Source: Candidatus Aminicenantes bacterium (GTDB taxonomy: Bacteria; Acidobacteriota; Aminicenantia; Aminicenantales; Saccharicenantaceae). Taken from it: a stretch of 64,000 nucleotides of DNA. Location: NCBI GenBank assembly GCA_963725825.1, contig CAVSAI010000029.1, positions 54,185 to 118,184 of the forward strand. Direction: 5' to 3'. Both the position numbers and the translations under genes were made by a program. The notes under the pieces were generated by a model. That model was not told the DNA's origin. It saw nothing but the letters and a program-made list of their open reading frames with translations, and ran no database searches. Shown here piece after piece: positions 1 to 9,272 of this stretch (its first letter is position 1; each line of letters starts with the position of its first letter).

Positions 1-792
1 TTGCCTGAAGGGCTTGTCCGCGAGCTCGTGGGCCACGTCGACACGGTCCTCGTTCTCGAGGACGGCTATCCGTTCATCGAGCGGCAGATCAAGGGCCTCT
101 TCGGCGTTCCCGGCAAGACGGTGCTGGGCAAGCTCAGCGGGGCCGTGCCGGCCTCGGGCGAGCTGACGCCGGACATCGTCCGCCGGGCGCTCGGCCGCGC
201 GCCCCTGCCGTCGCTCCCGGCGAGCGGCCTGCCGCTGGCGGGACGTCCGCCCCAGCTCTGCGTCGGCTGCCCTCACGCGGATACGTTCAAGGCCCTCAAC
301 AAGGCCCTCGAAGGGCATGCCGGTTCGAACGTCTTCAGCGACATCGGCTGCTACACGCTCGGCGCCCTGCCGCCCTACAACGCCATCCACAGCTGCGTCT
401 GCATGGGCGCGAGCATCGGCATGGCCCGCGGCGCCTCCGACGTCGGCCTTCATCCGGCCGTCTCGGTGATCGGCGATTCGACCTTCGCCCACTCGGGCAT
501 CACTCCGCTTCTCGGCGCGGCCACGGCAGACACCGACATGACCGTCATTATCCTCGACAACGCGACGACCGCCATGACCGGCGGCCAGCCGACCTACGGA
601 TCGGGCGAGCGCCTGCTCCGCATCATCGAGGGGCTCGGGGTGGCCAAGGAGCACATCCGGACGATCGAGCCGCTGCCGAAGTACCACGACAAGAACGTCC
701 AGGTCCTCAAGGACGAGATCGGGCACCGCGGGCTGTCCGTCGTCGTCGCCGTCCGCGAATGCGTCCAGGAACAGCGGAAGAAAAGGAGCTAG
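1..792 (+). CDS. iorA: Indolepyruvate ferredoxin oxidoreductase alpha subunit (IorA), C-terminal TPP-binding part; 5' end lies outside the window
   Basis: The ORF runs from the window edge to a stop at 790-792. CVGCPH motif and a TPP-binding GDS..H...N motif. It is immediately followed by the iorB-like gene. Confidence 0.8.
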   Translation: MPEGLVRELVGHVDTVLVLEDGYPFIERQIKGLFGVPGKTVLGKLSGAVPASGELTPDIVRRALGRAPLPSLPASGLPLAGRPPQLCVGCPHADTFKALNKALEGHAGSNVFSDIGCYTLGALPPYNAIHSCVCMGASIGMARGASDVGLHPAVSVIGDSTFAHSGITPLLGAATADTDMTVIILDNATTAMTGGQPTYGSGERLLRIIEGLGVAKEHIRTIEPLPKYHDKNVQVLKDEIGHRGLSVVVAVRECVQEQRKKRS

Positions 793-794
793 GC

Positions 795-1373
795 ATGAAG
801 CAGGACATCATCCTCGCGGGCGTCGGCGGCCAGGGCATCCTGTCCATCGCCTACGTCATCGACAACGCCGCGCTCGCCGACGGCCTGGCCTTCAAGCAGG
901 CGGAGGTCCACGGCATGGCCCAGCGGGGCGGGGCCGTCCAGTCCCACCTGCGCCTGTCCGACGGGACGATCTGGAGCGACCTCATCCCCAAGGGCGGGGC
1001 GGACATGATCCTGAGCGTCGAGCCGCTCGAAGCCGTCCGCTATTTCGATTTCCTCCGGCCGGACGGGATCGTCATCACCAGCTCGACGCCCTATCTGAAC
1101 ATCCCCGACTACCCCGACCTCGACAAGGTCCTCGAAGCGGTCCGCAAGGCGCCGCGGAGCGTCATCGTCGATTCCGAGAAGCTGGCCAAGGAGGCCGGCA
1201 CGGTCAAGGCCCAGAACATCGTCCTCCTCGGAGCGTCGTCGTCGTTCCTGATCCTCAAAGAGGCGAGCCTCCTCGGCACGATCGACGCCCTTTTCCGCGG
1301 CCGCGGCCCGACCGTCCTCGAAGCCAACCTCAAAGCCTTCGAGCTCGGCAAGAAAGCGGCCCTCGGCTCATGA
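795..1373 (+). CDS. iorB: Indolepyruvate ferredoxin oxidoreductase beta subunit (pyruvate/ketoisovalerate oxidoreductase gamma-like catalytic domain)
   Basis: Start MKQDIILAGVGGQGIL, the typical IorB N-terminus, with RBS aaaaggag upstream. Lies 2 nt after the iorA stop. Confidence 0.8.
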   Translation: MKQDIILAGVGGQGILSIAYVIDNAALADGLAFKQAEVHGMAQRGGAVQSHLRLSDGTIWSDLIPKGGADMILSVEPLEAVRYFDFLRPDGIVITSSTPYLNIPDYPDLDKVLEAVRKAPRSVIVDSEKLAKEAGTVKAQNIVLLGASSSFLILKEASLLGTIDALFRGRGPTVLEANLKAFELGKKAALGS

Positions 1374-3664
1374 CGACCTCATGGACCAGGACCCGGCGCG
1401 TCCTCGAACGCGCGGAGAAAGACGGCCGGAGCTTTCTGCTCGAACCGGAGGTCTATGAGATCCTGAGGGACGCCGGGATCGCGACCCCCCGCCACGCGTA
1501 CGTTCCCGCGGGTCAAAAGGTCGGCCGAAAGGACCTCCTGGCGCTGGGCACGGCCGAGGTCGTCGTCAAGATCGTCTCGCCGCTCGTCATCCACAAGTCC
1601 GACGTCGGAGGCGTCGCCTTCGCCAAGGCCGATCCGGCCGCCGTGTCCGAGGCCTGCGCGGCCATGCTCCGGACGGTCGTCGCGCGCAGCCGCGCCGCGG
1701 AGAGAAAGGCCGTCCGGGAGTCCGTCCGCGGCTTCCTTCTCGTCGAGAAGGTCGCCTTCGACGACGTCGGGTTCGGCTCGGAGATCCTCCTCGGCCTGCG
1801 GAATTCCCAGGACTTCGGCCCCGTCCTGACCATGGGCTCGGGCGGCCTCGACGTCGAATACATGAACGCGCGCCTCAAAGAGGGGAGGGCCGTGGCCATC
1901 TCCTCGGCCCATCTCCTGGACGAAGCGAATGCGAACGCGCTCATCGAGCCGCTGGCCTTTTTCGGCAAGCTGGCCGCGCCGTTCAGGGGCCGCAAGCCCC
2001 GCGTCTCGCCGAAGGTCCTGGTCGAGACGCTTCTCCGATTCCGCGACCTCGCCGCGGCGTTCTCGCCGTTTTCAACCGTCACGCCCTTCGTCCTCGAAGA
2101 AGCCGAGGTCAATCCGTTCGTCGTCCGGCGCGGCCGGCTCGTGCCTCTCGACGGCGTGTGCCGCTTCTCCCGGGCCAAAGCGGCGACGTCCGCCCGGCCG
2201 GTCGAGGCCGTCGGCCGGCTGCTCAAGCCGGCGTCGATCGGCATCATCGGCGTCTCGGAGAAGATGAATATCGGCCATGTCATCCTCAACAACATCCTCA
2301 AGGGCGGCTTCGCCGCCGCGAACGTCGTCGTGGTCAAGCCCGGCCTCGGATCTATCGAAGGCTGCCGCTGCGTCCCCACGGTCGAGGCCATGCCGGGGAC
2401 GGTCGATCTGTTCGTCCTGACGCTCGCCGCCGACCAATGCTACGACGTCATGAAGGACCTCGTCGACCACGGCAAGGCCCGCTCGGTCATCCTCATCGCG
2501 GGAGGGATGGGCGAGAAGGAGGGCGGGGCGTCGATCGAAGGCTGCATCCGCGACCTTCTCGGCGAGGGCCGGAAGAGCGGGAAGACGACGCCGGTCGTCA
2601 ACGGCGGCAACTGCCTGGGGATCGTGTCCAAGCCCGGTCTCTACGATACGCTCTTCATCCCCGACCACAAGCTGCCCCGCCCGAAGCGCGCCGGCTCGGC
2701 CTCGGCCATGATCAGCCAGAGCGGCGCCTTCATGATCTGCCGCATGAGCAAGATGCCGTCGATCGAGCCCCTCTACTCCGTTTCGCTGGGGAACCAGATC
2801 GACCTCACGGCCTCGGATTATTTGAATTATCTGAAGGACGATCCCGGGATCCGGACCTTCACCGTCTACATGGAGGGCTTCAAGCCCGGCGACGGATTGG
2901 CCTTCGCCCGGGCCATCCGCGAGATCACCGCGTCCGGCCGGTCCGTCCTCGTCTACAAGGCCGGGCGGAGCCCCGAGGGCCGGTCGGCGACCTCGAGCCA
3001 CACCGCCTCCGTCGCCGGGGACTACGGCGTCTTCAAGGCCTTGTGCGAGCAGGCCGGAGCCATCGTGGCCAACGATCTTTTCGAATTCGAAAGCTTCATG
3101 AAGGGCCTGGCTTGGCTCGAAGGGCGGGTCGTCCGGGGGCGGCGGGTCGGGCTCGTCAGCAACGCCGGGTTCGAGTGCGTCATGATGGCCGACAATCTCA
3201 AGGACGGCGCAGGCCTCGAACTGGCCGCGTTCGCCCCGGAGACGCGGGAGCGAATCCTGGGCAGCCTGCGGCCGCTCGGCATCGACAGGCTCCTCGACGT
3301 CCACAATCCCCTCGACGTGACCCCGGTCGCGGACGACGCCGCCTTCGGTGAGAGCACCCGGGCGTTCATCGAAGACCCCGGGGTCGACTGTGCCGTCATT
3401 TCCAACGTGCCTTTGACCAAGGCACTCCAAACGCTGCCGGCGGGGGAGGGGCACGGCGAGGACCTGACCCGGCCCGGCGCGTTCGCCGCGCGGACGATCG
3501 AGATCTTCCGCTCGACCTCAAAGCCCGTCGTCGTCAACATCGACGCGGGCGCGCTCTACGACCCCTTGGCGGACCATCTCGAAAAGGCCGGGATCCCGGT
3601 CTTCAGGCGGGCCGACGAGGCGGTCCGGTTTTTGAGGTTGTACGTCGACCGGCTAGTCCGCTGA
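1370..3664 (+). CDS. ADP-forming acyl-CoA synthetase (NDP-forming acetyl/aryl-CoA synthetase; ATP-grasp domain followed by CoA-binding/ligase domain)
   Basis: 764 aa. N-terminal ATP-grasp-like region (VVKIVSPLVIHKSDVGGV), then CoA-binding region (SIGIIGVSEKMNIGHVILNN...), then a succinyl-CoA-synthetase-like flavodoxin domain. ATGA overlap with the iorB stop, so the two are coupled. Confidence 0.75.
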   Translation: MTTSWTRTRRVLERAEKDGRSFLLEPEVYEILRDAGIATPRHAYVPAGQKVGRKDLLALGTAEVVVKIVSPLVIHKSDVGGVAFAKADPAAVSEACAAMLRTVVARSRAAERKAVRESVRGFLLVEKVAFDDVGFGSEILLGLRNSQDFGPVLTMGSGGLDVEYMNARLKEGRAVAISSAHLLDEANANALIEPLAFFGKLAAPFRGRKPRVSPKVLVETLLRFRDLAAAFSPFSTVTPFVLEEAEVNPFVVRRGRLVPLDGVCRFSRAKAATSARPVEAVGRLLKPASIGIIGVSEKMNIGHVILNNILKGGFAAANVVVVKPGLGSIEGCRCVPTVEAMPGTVDLFVLTLAADQCYDVMKDLVDHGKARSVILIAGGMGEKEGGASIEGCIRDLLGEGRKSGKTTPVVNGGNCLGIVSKPGLYDTLFIPDHKLPRPKRAGSASAMISQSGAFMICRMSKMPSIEPLYSVSLGNQIDLTASDYLNYLKDDPGIRTFTVYMEGFKPGDGLAFARAIREITASGRSVLVYKAGRSPEGRSATSSHTASVAGDYGVFKALCEQAGAIVANDLFEFESFMKGLAWLEGRVVRGRRVGLVSNAGFECVMMADNLKDGAGLELAAFAPETRERILGSLRPLGIDRLLDVHNPLDVTPVADDAAFGESTRAFIEDPGVDCAVISNVPLTKALQTLPAGEGHGEDLTRPGAFAARTIEIFRSTSKPVVVNIDAGALYDPLADHLEKAGIPVFRRADEAVRFLRLYVDRLVR

Positions 3665-3688
3665 GCCGCACTCCGAAGGGGCAGTCCC

Positions 3689-5035
3689 TTAGCGGTGCCT
3701 CTGCTGGAAGCGATGGGGGAAATCGAGCGGATTCGTGGTCGTGATCGGCCCCGTGTGGCAGACGGTGCACGAGGTCGGAGTGCCGCCGCCGTGGGCGCTG
3801 ACGACGCCGTTCAATCCTCCGCCCTTGGAGCTGCTGTGACAGACTTTGCAGCTGCCGAGGGGCATCACCTTGGACTGATACTGCAAGGCCTGGTAATTGT
3901 CCGAATCCTTGGTGGAGGGGATCTGGGCGTGCGCCGGGCCGTGGCAGGAGGGGCAGGAGAGGCCGCCGTGGCCGACGCCGTTGCGATAGAGGGAAGTGCC
4001 GGTATCGACCTCGGCCACGAAGGTATGGCAGTCCACGCACTTCGATTCGGTCTCCCAGGGCACTCGCCCGTTGGAGATCGTCAGACCGAGGTCGGTCAGG
4101 GAGCCGTGGCAGGTGGTGCAATTGCCGTCGGTCCCGTTCCCGTCGTGGGCCACGCTCCGGTTGGCCAGGGTGGTCGTCCCGGGATGGCAGTCGTAGCAGG
4201 CGATGGTCTGATTGTAGTGAAAGACGTGGATGGCATAGGACAGGTACTCGTCCGCCGAGCCCGGGCCGGTCGTCCCGAGAACGGGGCTGCCGTGGCACTT
4301 GGCGCACAGCACCGGGGCGCCGTCCGCGACGAACGTCGTCTCCGAGAGCTTGTCGTGGGCCGCGAGGACGGTCCCGATATCCACGTCGTTGATCGTCTGC
4401 CCGTGGCACTTGCCGCAGTTGATCTCGTCGGAGGTCTCGGCGGTCGTCCTCGTCCGGGCCAGCTCGGCGCCGGACGACGCGTCGCGGACGACGATCTCGG
4501 CGACCTGATAGGGGTCCCACGTCCCCGCGTCGTTGACCGGGACGACCGGGATGCCGTCGGCCTCGTAGCGCTGTCCCTTGAGGAGCATCGTTCCGGTGAG
4601 GCCGTTGTGGACGCCCGCGTCGACGAAGTTGAGGCCCGTGTCGTGGGCCAGATCGACGCCGAAAAGCCCGAAGGCGTTGTCCCAGAACTGGGCGTAGTTG
4701 CGGACCGGCTCCGTCGTCGCCTTGCCGTAGGAAAAGGTGTTGCCGACGATGCTGTATTCGAGGGTGACGCCGGTCGTCACGATCTCGGGCGGGTCGCCCC
4801 GCTTGACGACCTGGGCGAGGAGAGTGTTGTAGGGCGGCTGGAGGACGTCCGCATTGTAGGTCGGGTTGAGGAAGTGCATGCCCATCTCGCTCCAGGCGAG
4901 GACGACGTAGGACATCGAGGCGGCGGGGATGTCGACGGGCGTCACCACGTCTTTGTCCTCTGTGGAACAGGAGCCCAGAAAGGCGATCAGGGCCAGGATG
5001 ACAATCGCGGCTGCGGTCGGGCGGCGCTCAGGCAT
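3689..5035 (-). CDS. Octaheme c-type cytochrome lipoprotein
   Basis: Eight CXXCH motifs: CGKCH, CAKCH, CYDCH, CTTCH, CVDCH, CPSCH, CKVCH, CTVCH. N-terminal signal peptide with lipobox FLGSC. 447 aa. Confidence 0.85.
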   Translation of the reverse strand: MPERRPTAAAIVILALIAFLGSCSTEDKDVVTPVDIPAASMSYVVLAWSEMGMHFLNPTYNADVLQPPYNTLLAQVVKRGDPPEIVTTGVTLEYSIVGNTFSYGKATTEPVRNYAQFWDNAFGLFGVDLAHDTGLNFVDAGVHNGLTGTMLLKGQRYEADGIPVVPVNDAGTWDPYQVAEIVVRDASSGAELARTRTTAETSDEINCGKCHGQTINDVDIGTVLAAHDKLSETTFVADGAPVLCAKCHGSPVLGTTGPGSADEYLSYAIHVFHYNQTIACYDCHPGTTTLANRSVAHDGNGTDGNCTTCHGSLTDLGLTISNGRVPWETESKCVDCHTFVAEVDTGTSLYRNGVGHGGLSCPSCHGPAHAQIPSTKDSDNYQALQYQSKVMPLGSCKVCHSSSKGGGLNGVVSAHGGGTPTSCTVCHTGPITTTNPLDFPHRFQQRHR

Positions 5036-5109
5036 GCGTCTCTCCTTCCGGGATATTATTCACGGAAACCTCTTCTTTTGCAAACGCCCGGAGCCGCCAG
5101 TCCGTTTCC

Positions 5110-5138
5110 TTGTCTCTCCCGGACCGGCATGGTACAAT
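5110..5138 (+). promoter_or_regulatory. Candidate sigma70-type promoter (TTGTCT-17-TACAAT) driving the 5147 operon, possibly leaderless
   Basis: The -35 TTGTCT (5110-5115) and -10 TACAAT (5133-5138) are separated by a 17-nt spacer. The ATG at 5147 lies about 8 nt downstream of the -10 and has no Shine-Dalgarno. Confidence 0.35.
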
Positions 5139-5146
5139 CGGCCCGA

Positions 5147-6076
5147 ATGAGGAAGACCGTCCTTTTCGCCGCCTTTCTGGTCTGGTCCGGAGGAGCCGCC
5201 CTGATGAGCCAATCGACCCTTCCCGAAGCGCGGCTCCTCGCCGGGGCCATCCCGGCCCAGGCCGGGCCCTGGCTCTCCGAGGCCGACCAGGTCTTCGACG
5301 CGGACTCGATCTTCAGCTATATCGACGGCGCGGGCGAAGTCTATCGCTCGTATAACATGAAGCTCCTGGTGGCCCGGCGCTTCCACAAGGACGGCAAGCC
5401 CGACATCGTCGTGGACGCTTTCGACATGGGGTCCGCCGAGGACGCCTTCGGCGTCTTCACCCATGATCTCGACGGGGAGGCGGCCGGCATCGGCCAGGGC
5501 TCGACCTACAAGGCCGGGCTCCTGTCGTTCTGGAAGGACCGCTATTTCCTGTCCGTCTATACCGAGGAGGAGACCGCCGAGACGAAGGATCTCGTCCTCG
5601 AGCTCGGCAAGGCCATCGCCCGGGCCATCCCCGGGGAGGGGAAGAAGCCGGACATCCTGAACCTTCTTCCGCGGGACGGTCTGGAGGCGGGGCGAGTTTC
5701 CTTCTTCCACAATCACTCCGTCCTCAACTATCATTTTTTTGTCGCCGAGGCCGACGTCCTCGAGCTGCGGCAGACGGCGAAGGCCGTCCTGGCCGATTAC
5801 GCGGAAGGCGGGGTCCGCAGCCGCCTCCTTGTTATCGCTTATGCCGATCCGGAGTCGGCGGCCAGGGCGGGAAGGTCTTTCGTCGAGGCCTACATGCCGG
5901 AGGCGAAAGGGAAAGCCTCTTCCAAAACGGCGAACGGCCGGTGGACGGTCCTGCGGGTCCACGGCCGCTATATCGCCATTGTCTTCGATGAAGCCGCCGA
6001 AGGGAAGGCCCAGGCGCGCCTGGATGCCGTCGTCGCCTTGATCGACCGGCCGGACAAAGGAGGGACCTGCCGATGA
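5147..6076 (+). CDS. Secreted hypothetical protein (signal peptide; no family recognised)
   Basis: ATG at 5147 is in frame with the long ORF. N-terminal hydrophobic signal MRKTVLFAAFLVWSGGAALMS. The opposite-strand ORF 5060..5962 is R/G/P-rich and looks like antisense junk. 4-nt overlap with the next gene. Confidence 0.6.
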   Translation: MRKTVLFAAFLVWSGGAALMSQSTLPEARLLAGAIPAQAGPWLSEADQVFDADSIFSYIDGAGEVYRSYNMKLLVARRFHKDGKPDIVVDAFDMGSAEDAFGVFTHDLDGEAAGIGQGSTYKAGLLSFWKDRYFLSVYTEEETAETKDLVLELGKAIARAIPGEGKKPDILNLLPRDGLEAGRVSFFHNHSVLNYHFFVAEADVLELRQTAKAVLADYAEGGVRSRLLVIAYADPESAARAGRSFVEAYMPEAKGKASSKTANGRWTVLRVHGRYIAIVFDEAAEGKAQARLDAVVALIDRPDKGGTCR

Positions 6077-6963
6077 GCCGAAGAACGATCACGCGGAGGG
6101 ATTTCCTGAAGGTCGCGTCCGCGGCGCCGCTCGCCGGGGCGCTTGTTCCGGCGCTCAAGGGCTCGTCGGGGACTGCGGGCGAAAAGGTCCGGGTCGTCCT
6201 CGTCAGGGACGAAAACGCCCTGGACGCGTCAGGAGCGCCCAACGCCGAGGTCATCGGGAAGATGCTCGACGACGGGGTCCGGGCCCTCGTCGGTCAGCGA
6301 GACGCCGTCGAGGCCTGGAAGACGCTCGTCCGGCCCGAGGACGTCGTCGGCATCAAGACCAACGCCTGGGGCAAGCTGCCGACGCCGGCCGAGGTCGAAC
6401 AGGCCCTCAAGCGGCGGGTCATGGACGTCGGCGTCCCCGAGGGCAAGCTGTCCGTCGACGATCGGGGCGTGCTCAGGAATCCGATCTTCCAGGGCGCCAC
6501 CGCGTTGATCAACGCCCGCCCCGCCAGGACCCATCAATGGTCCGGCATGGGCACCTGCATCAAGAACTATATCCAATTCGTCCCCCGGCCCTCGGACTAC
6601 CACGGCGACACCTGCGCGGACTTGGCCGCGATCTGGGACCTGCCTCTCGTCAAGGGGAAAACCCGGCTCAACGTCCTGGTCATGCTCACCCCTTTGTTCA
6701 ACATGATCGGGACCCAGCAGTACAACAAGGACTTCGTCTGGCCGTACAAGGGCCTGATCGTCAGCCGGGACCCGGTGGCGGCCGACGCGACGGGATTGCG
6801 CGTGCTCGAAGCCAAGCGCCGCGAGGCTTTCAAGGACGACGGCCTTCTGAGGCCGACGCCGCACCACATTCAGCTGGCCGACACGCGCCATCACCTGGGT
6901 GTGAGCGACCCGGTCCGGATCGAGCTCGTCAAGCTCGGCTGGAGCGAGGGGATCCTGATCTAG
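6073..6963 (+). CDS. Tat-exported DUF362-family protein (putative Fe-S/cofactor-containing periplasmic protein)
   Basis: Twin-arginine motif SRRTITRRDFLKVASAAPLAGA at the N-terminus. Overall resemblance to DUF362-type proteins. ATGA overlap with the upstream gene. Confidence 0.55.
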   Translation: MSRRTITRRDFLKVASAAPLAGALVPALKGSSGTAGEKVRVVLVRDENALDASGAPNAEVIGKMLDDGVRALVGQRDAVEAWKTLVRPEDVVGIKTNAWGKLPTPAEVEQALKRRVMDVGVPEGKLSVDDRGVLRNPIFQGATALINARPARTHQWSGMGTCIKNYIQFVPRPSDYHGDTCADLAAIWDLPLVKGKTRLNVLVMLTPLFNMIGTQQYNKDFVWPYKGLIVSRDPVAADATGLRVLEAKRREAFKDDGLLRPTPHHIQLADTRHHLGVSDPVRIELVKLGWSEGILI

Positions 6964-7326
6964 ATGCCGATCTACGAGTATCGCTGCGCCGGCTGCCGCA
7001 AGAAGACGACCTTGCTGACGCTCGCCGTGAGCGCGGCGGTCGATCCGGTCTGCAGTCACTGCGGCGGCCGGAGCTTGACCAAGCTCGTCTCACGCGTGGC
7101 CATCATGAAGTCGGAGGAGAGCCGGCTCGAGACCCTGGCCGATCCCTCCTCGCTCGCCGGGCTCGACCAGAACGACCCGAGGAGCGTCGCCCGCTGGATG
7201 AAGAAGATGGGCCGGGAAATGGGCGAGGAGACCGGCGAGGACTTCGGCGAGGAAGTCGACAAGGCCATGGAGGAGGCGGAGCGGGAGAAAGAAGGCGGCG
7301 AAGGGGGAGGGGGAAGCGATGACTGA
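6964..7326 (+). CDS. FmdB-family zinc-ribbon putative regulatory protein
   Basis: MPIYEYRCAGC...CSHCGG, the classic FmdB CxxC...CxxC zinc ribbon, with an acidic C-terminal tail. Starts directly after the stop of the preceding gene. Confidence 0.75.
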   Translation: MPIYEYRCAGCRKKTTLLTLAVSAAVDPVCSHCGGRSLTKLVSRVAIMKSEESRLETLADPSSLAGLDQNDPRSVARWMKKMGREMGEETGEDFGEEVDKAMEEAEREKEGGEGGGGSDD

Positions 7327-8554
7327 GGTTCTCCTGTTCATCGGCGGCGTCGTTTTCGGCGCCCTGGTCGTCCTCGTCGTCCATGTCCTGCGGAAGAAGG
7401 ACACCCGGGAGATCGCCCGGGCCCTTGTCAGCGAGACCGAGGCCGAGAAGGTCCAGGACCTCGAGTCCCTCATGGGCCGCGTCCGGGACAGCTTCGGCGC
7501 CCTGTCCCAGGACGCCCTCAAGGCCAGCACCGGCGAGCTTCTCAAGCTGGCCCGGGAGCACCTCGACGGGCGGGTCCACCTCAGCGAGAAGGACCTCGAG
7601 ACCAAGAAACAGCTCATCGACCAGAACCTGTCCACGATGAAGGGCGATATCCATAAGATGCAGGAGCTCGTCTCGCGCCTCGAGAGCGAGCGGGCCCGCC
7701 AGTACGGCGAGCTCGACGTCCAGCTGAAGAACGCGGCCAGGGAGACCTCGCGCCTGCAGGACACGGCCGATCATCTCCGCCAGGCTCTGGTCAGCACCAA
7801 GGCCCGCGGGCAGTGGGGCGAGCGGATGGCCGAGGACGTTCTTCGGCTGGCCGGCTTCATCGAGGGCGTCAACTACCTCAAGCAGAGGCTACTGGACGCC
7901 GCGGCCTCGCGGCCCGATTACACCTTCTGGCTCCCCCAGGGGCTGAAGGTCAACATGGACGTCAAGTTCCCGCTCAACAGCTACCTCCGCTATCTCGAGT
8001 GCGAGAACGACGTGGCCCGGGAGACCCACAAAACGCAGTTCCTGCGCGACGTTCGGACCCGGATCAAGGAGGTCACGACCCGGGACTACATCAATCCGGA
8101 GGACAACACCCTGGATTACGTCCTCGTCTTCATCCCCAACGAGCAGGTCTACGCCTTCATCAACCAGAACGACCCCGAGATCATGGACGAGGCCCTGAAG
8201 GCCAAAGTCATCCTTTGCTCCCCGTTCACTCTGTTCGCCATCCTGGCCGTCATCCGCCAGTCGCTCGACAACTTCAGCATGGAGAAGACGGCCGGCGAGA
8301 TCCTGGGGCTGGTCAAGGCTTTCAAGAAGGAATGGGAAAAATTCTCGGACTCGATGGCCAAGATGGGCGAAAAGCTCGACGGCGCGCGCGAGGAATACCG
8401 GAAGATGACGACGACGCGGCACGACAAGCTCGACAGGTCCATCCAGAAGATCGAGGACCTGCAGCAGCTGAAAGGGATCGGGGAAGCGGTAGCGCTCGGC
8501 GAAGCCGAGATCGTCGCTCTCGAAGCGGGCGACGAAGAGGGGAAGCCGGACTAG
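7319..8554 (+). CDS. rmuC: DNA recombination protein RmuC
   Basis: N-terminal TM helix, long coiled-coil region, and conserved RmuC C-terminal region (DYVLVFIPNEQVYAF...ILCSPFTLFAIL). 8-nt overlap with the FmdB-like gene. Confidence 0.85.
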   Translation: MTEVLLFIGGVVFGALVVLVVHVLRKKDTREIARALVSETEAEKVQDLESLMGRVRDSFGALSQDALKASTGELLKLAREHLDGRVHLSEKDLETKKQLIDQNLSTMKGDIHKMQELVSRLESERARQYGELDVQLKNAARETSRLQDTADHLRQALVSTKARGQWGERMAEDVLRLAGFIEGVNYLKQRLLDAAASRPDYTFWLPQGLKVNMDVKFPLNSYLRYLECENDVARETHKTQFLRDVRTRIKEVTTRDYINPEDNTLDYVLVFIPNEQVYAFINQNDPEIMDEALKAKVILCSPFTLFAILAVIRQSLDNFSMEKTAGEILGLVKAFKKEWEKFSDSMAKMGEKLDGAREEYRKMTTTRHDKLDRSIQKIEDLQQLKGIGEAVALGEAEIVALEAGDEEGKPD

Positions 8555-9222
8555 GGGCGCGGGCCGAAGATCGCCGTCCCGATGCGGACGATCGTCGCGC
8601 CTTCCTCGACAGCCACCCGCCAGGAATGGGACATGCCCATGGACAAGTGCCTCATCTCGACGCCCGGCACGGCCCGCTGCCTGAGCGACTCGAAGACCCG
8701 GCGCGTCTCCCGGAAATAAGGCCGCGAATCCTCGGGATCGCCCTCGAACGGGCCCATGGTCATGAGGCCGAGGACGCGAAGGCCTGGCAGAGCGGCCAAC
8801 GCCCGGACCAGGGACTCGACGTCATCCGGCAGCACGCCAGCTTTTTGCTCCTCCCGGCCGCTGTTGACTTCGACGAGGACGTCCATTGTCTTTCCCGCAG
8901 CCGCGGCGCGCCTGTCGATCTCGCGGCCGAGGGCGATCGAGTCCACGGTCTCGACCAGATCGAAGATCTCGACGGCCTTTTTGGCCTTGTTCGACTGGAG
9001 ATGGCCGATGAGGTGCCAGCGGGCCCGTCCGCCGACTGCGGGAAAGACCTCCGCCGCCTCCCGGACGTAGTTCTCGCCGATCGTCCTGGCCCCGGCGTCA
9101 ACGGCCTCGAGGATCTCGGCCGCGGAACGGGTCTTGGCGGCGGCGACGAGCTCGACCCCCGGCGGCAGCTCGGAGAGGATGGCCTTGACGTTGGAGGCGA
9201 TCGTTCCGCTCATCGCGTCCAT
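8551..9222 (-). CDS. yggS: YggS-family pyridoxal phosphate homeostasis protein (PLP-binding, alanine racemase N-domain fold)
   Basis: [13 protein letters not shown]...GENYVRE...[12 protein letters not shown]...LSMGMSHS motifs. Confidence 0.85.
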   Translation of the reverse strand: MDAMSGTIASNVKAILSELPPGVELVAAAKTRSAAEILEAVDAGARTIGENYVREAAEVFPAVGGRARWHLIGHLQSNKAKKAVEIFDLVETVDSIALGREIDRRAAAAGKTMDVLVEVNSGREEQKAGVLPDDVESLVRALAALPGLRVLGLMTMGPFEGDPEDSRPYFRETRRVFESLRQRAVPGVEMRHLSMGMSHSWRVAVEEGATIVRIGTAIFGPRP

Positions 9223-9272
9223 TCTATCATAGCCCGCGATTTGCTATAATCGGCGGGCAGGGGATAAGATCC

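Noticed and set aside
3661-3690. Possible bidirectional terminator hairpin (aaggggcagtccctt) between the convergent acyl-CoA synthetase and cytochrome genes
   Set aside because: The stem is only 5 bp with no flanking U-tract, too weak to call.
3695-5146. The 5' two-thirds of the 793-aa plus-strand ORF 3695..6076, which lies antisense to the cytochrome gene
   Set aside because: Its translation is Gly/Arg/Ala/Asp-rich low-complexity sequence, typical of antisense frames in high-GC DNA. Only the portion from the ATG at 5147 (signal peptide, normal composition) is taken as a gene.
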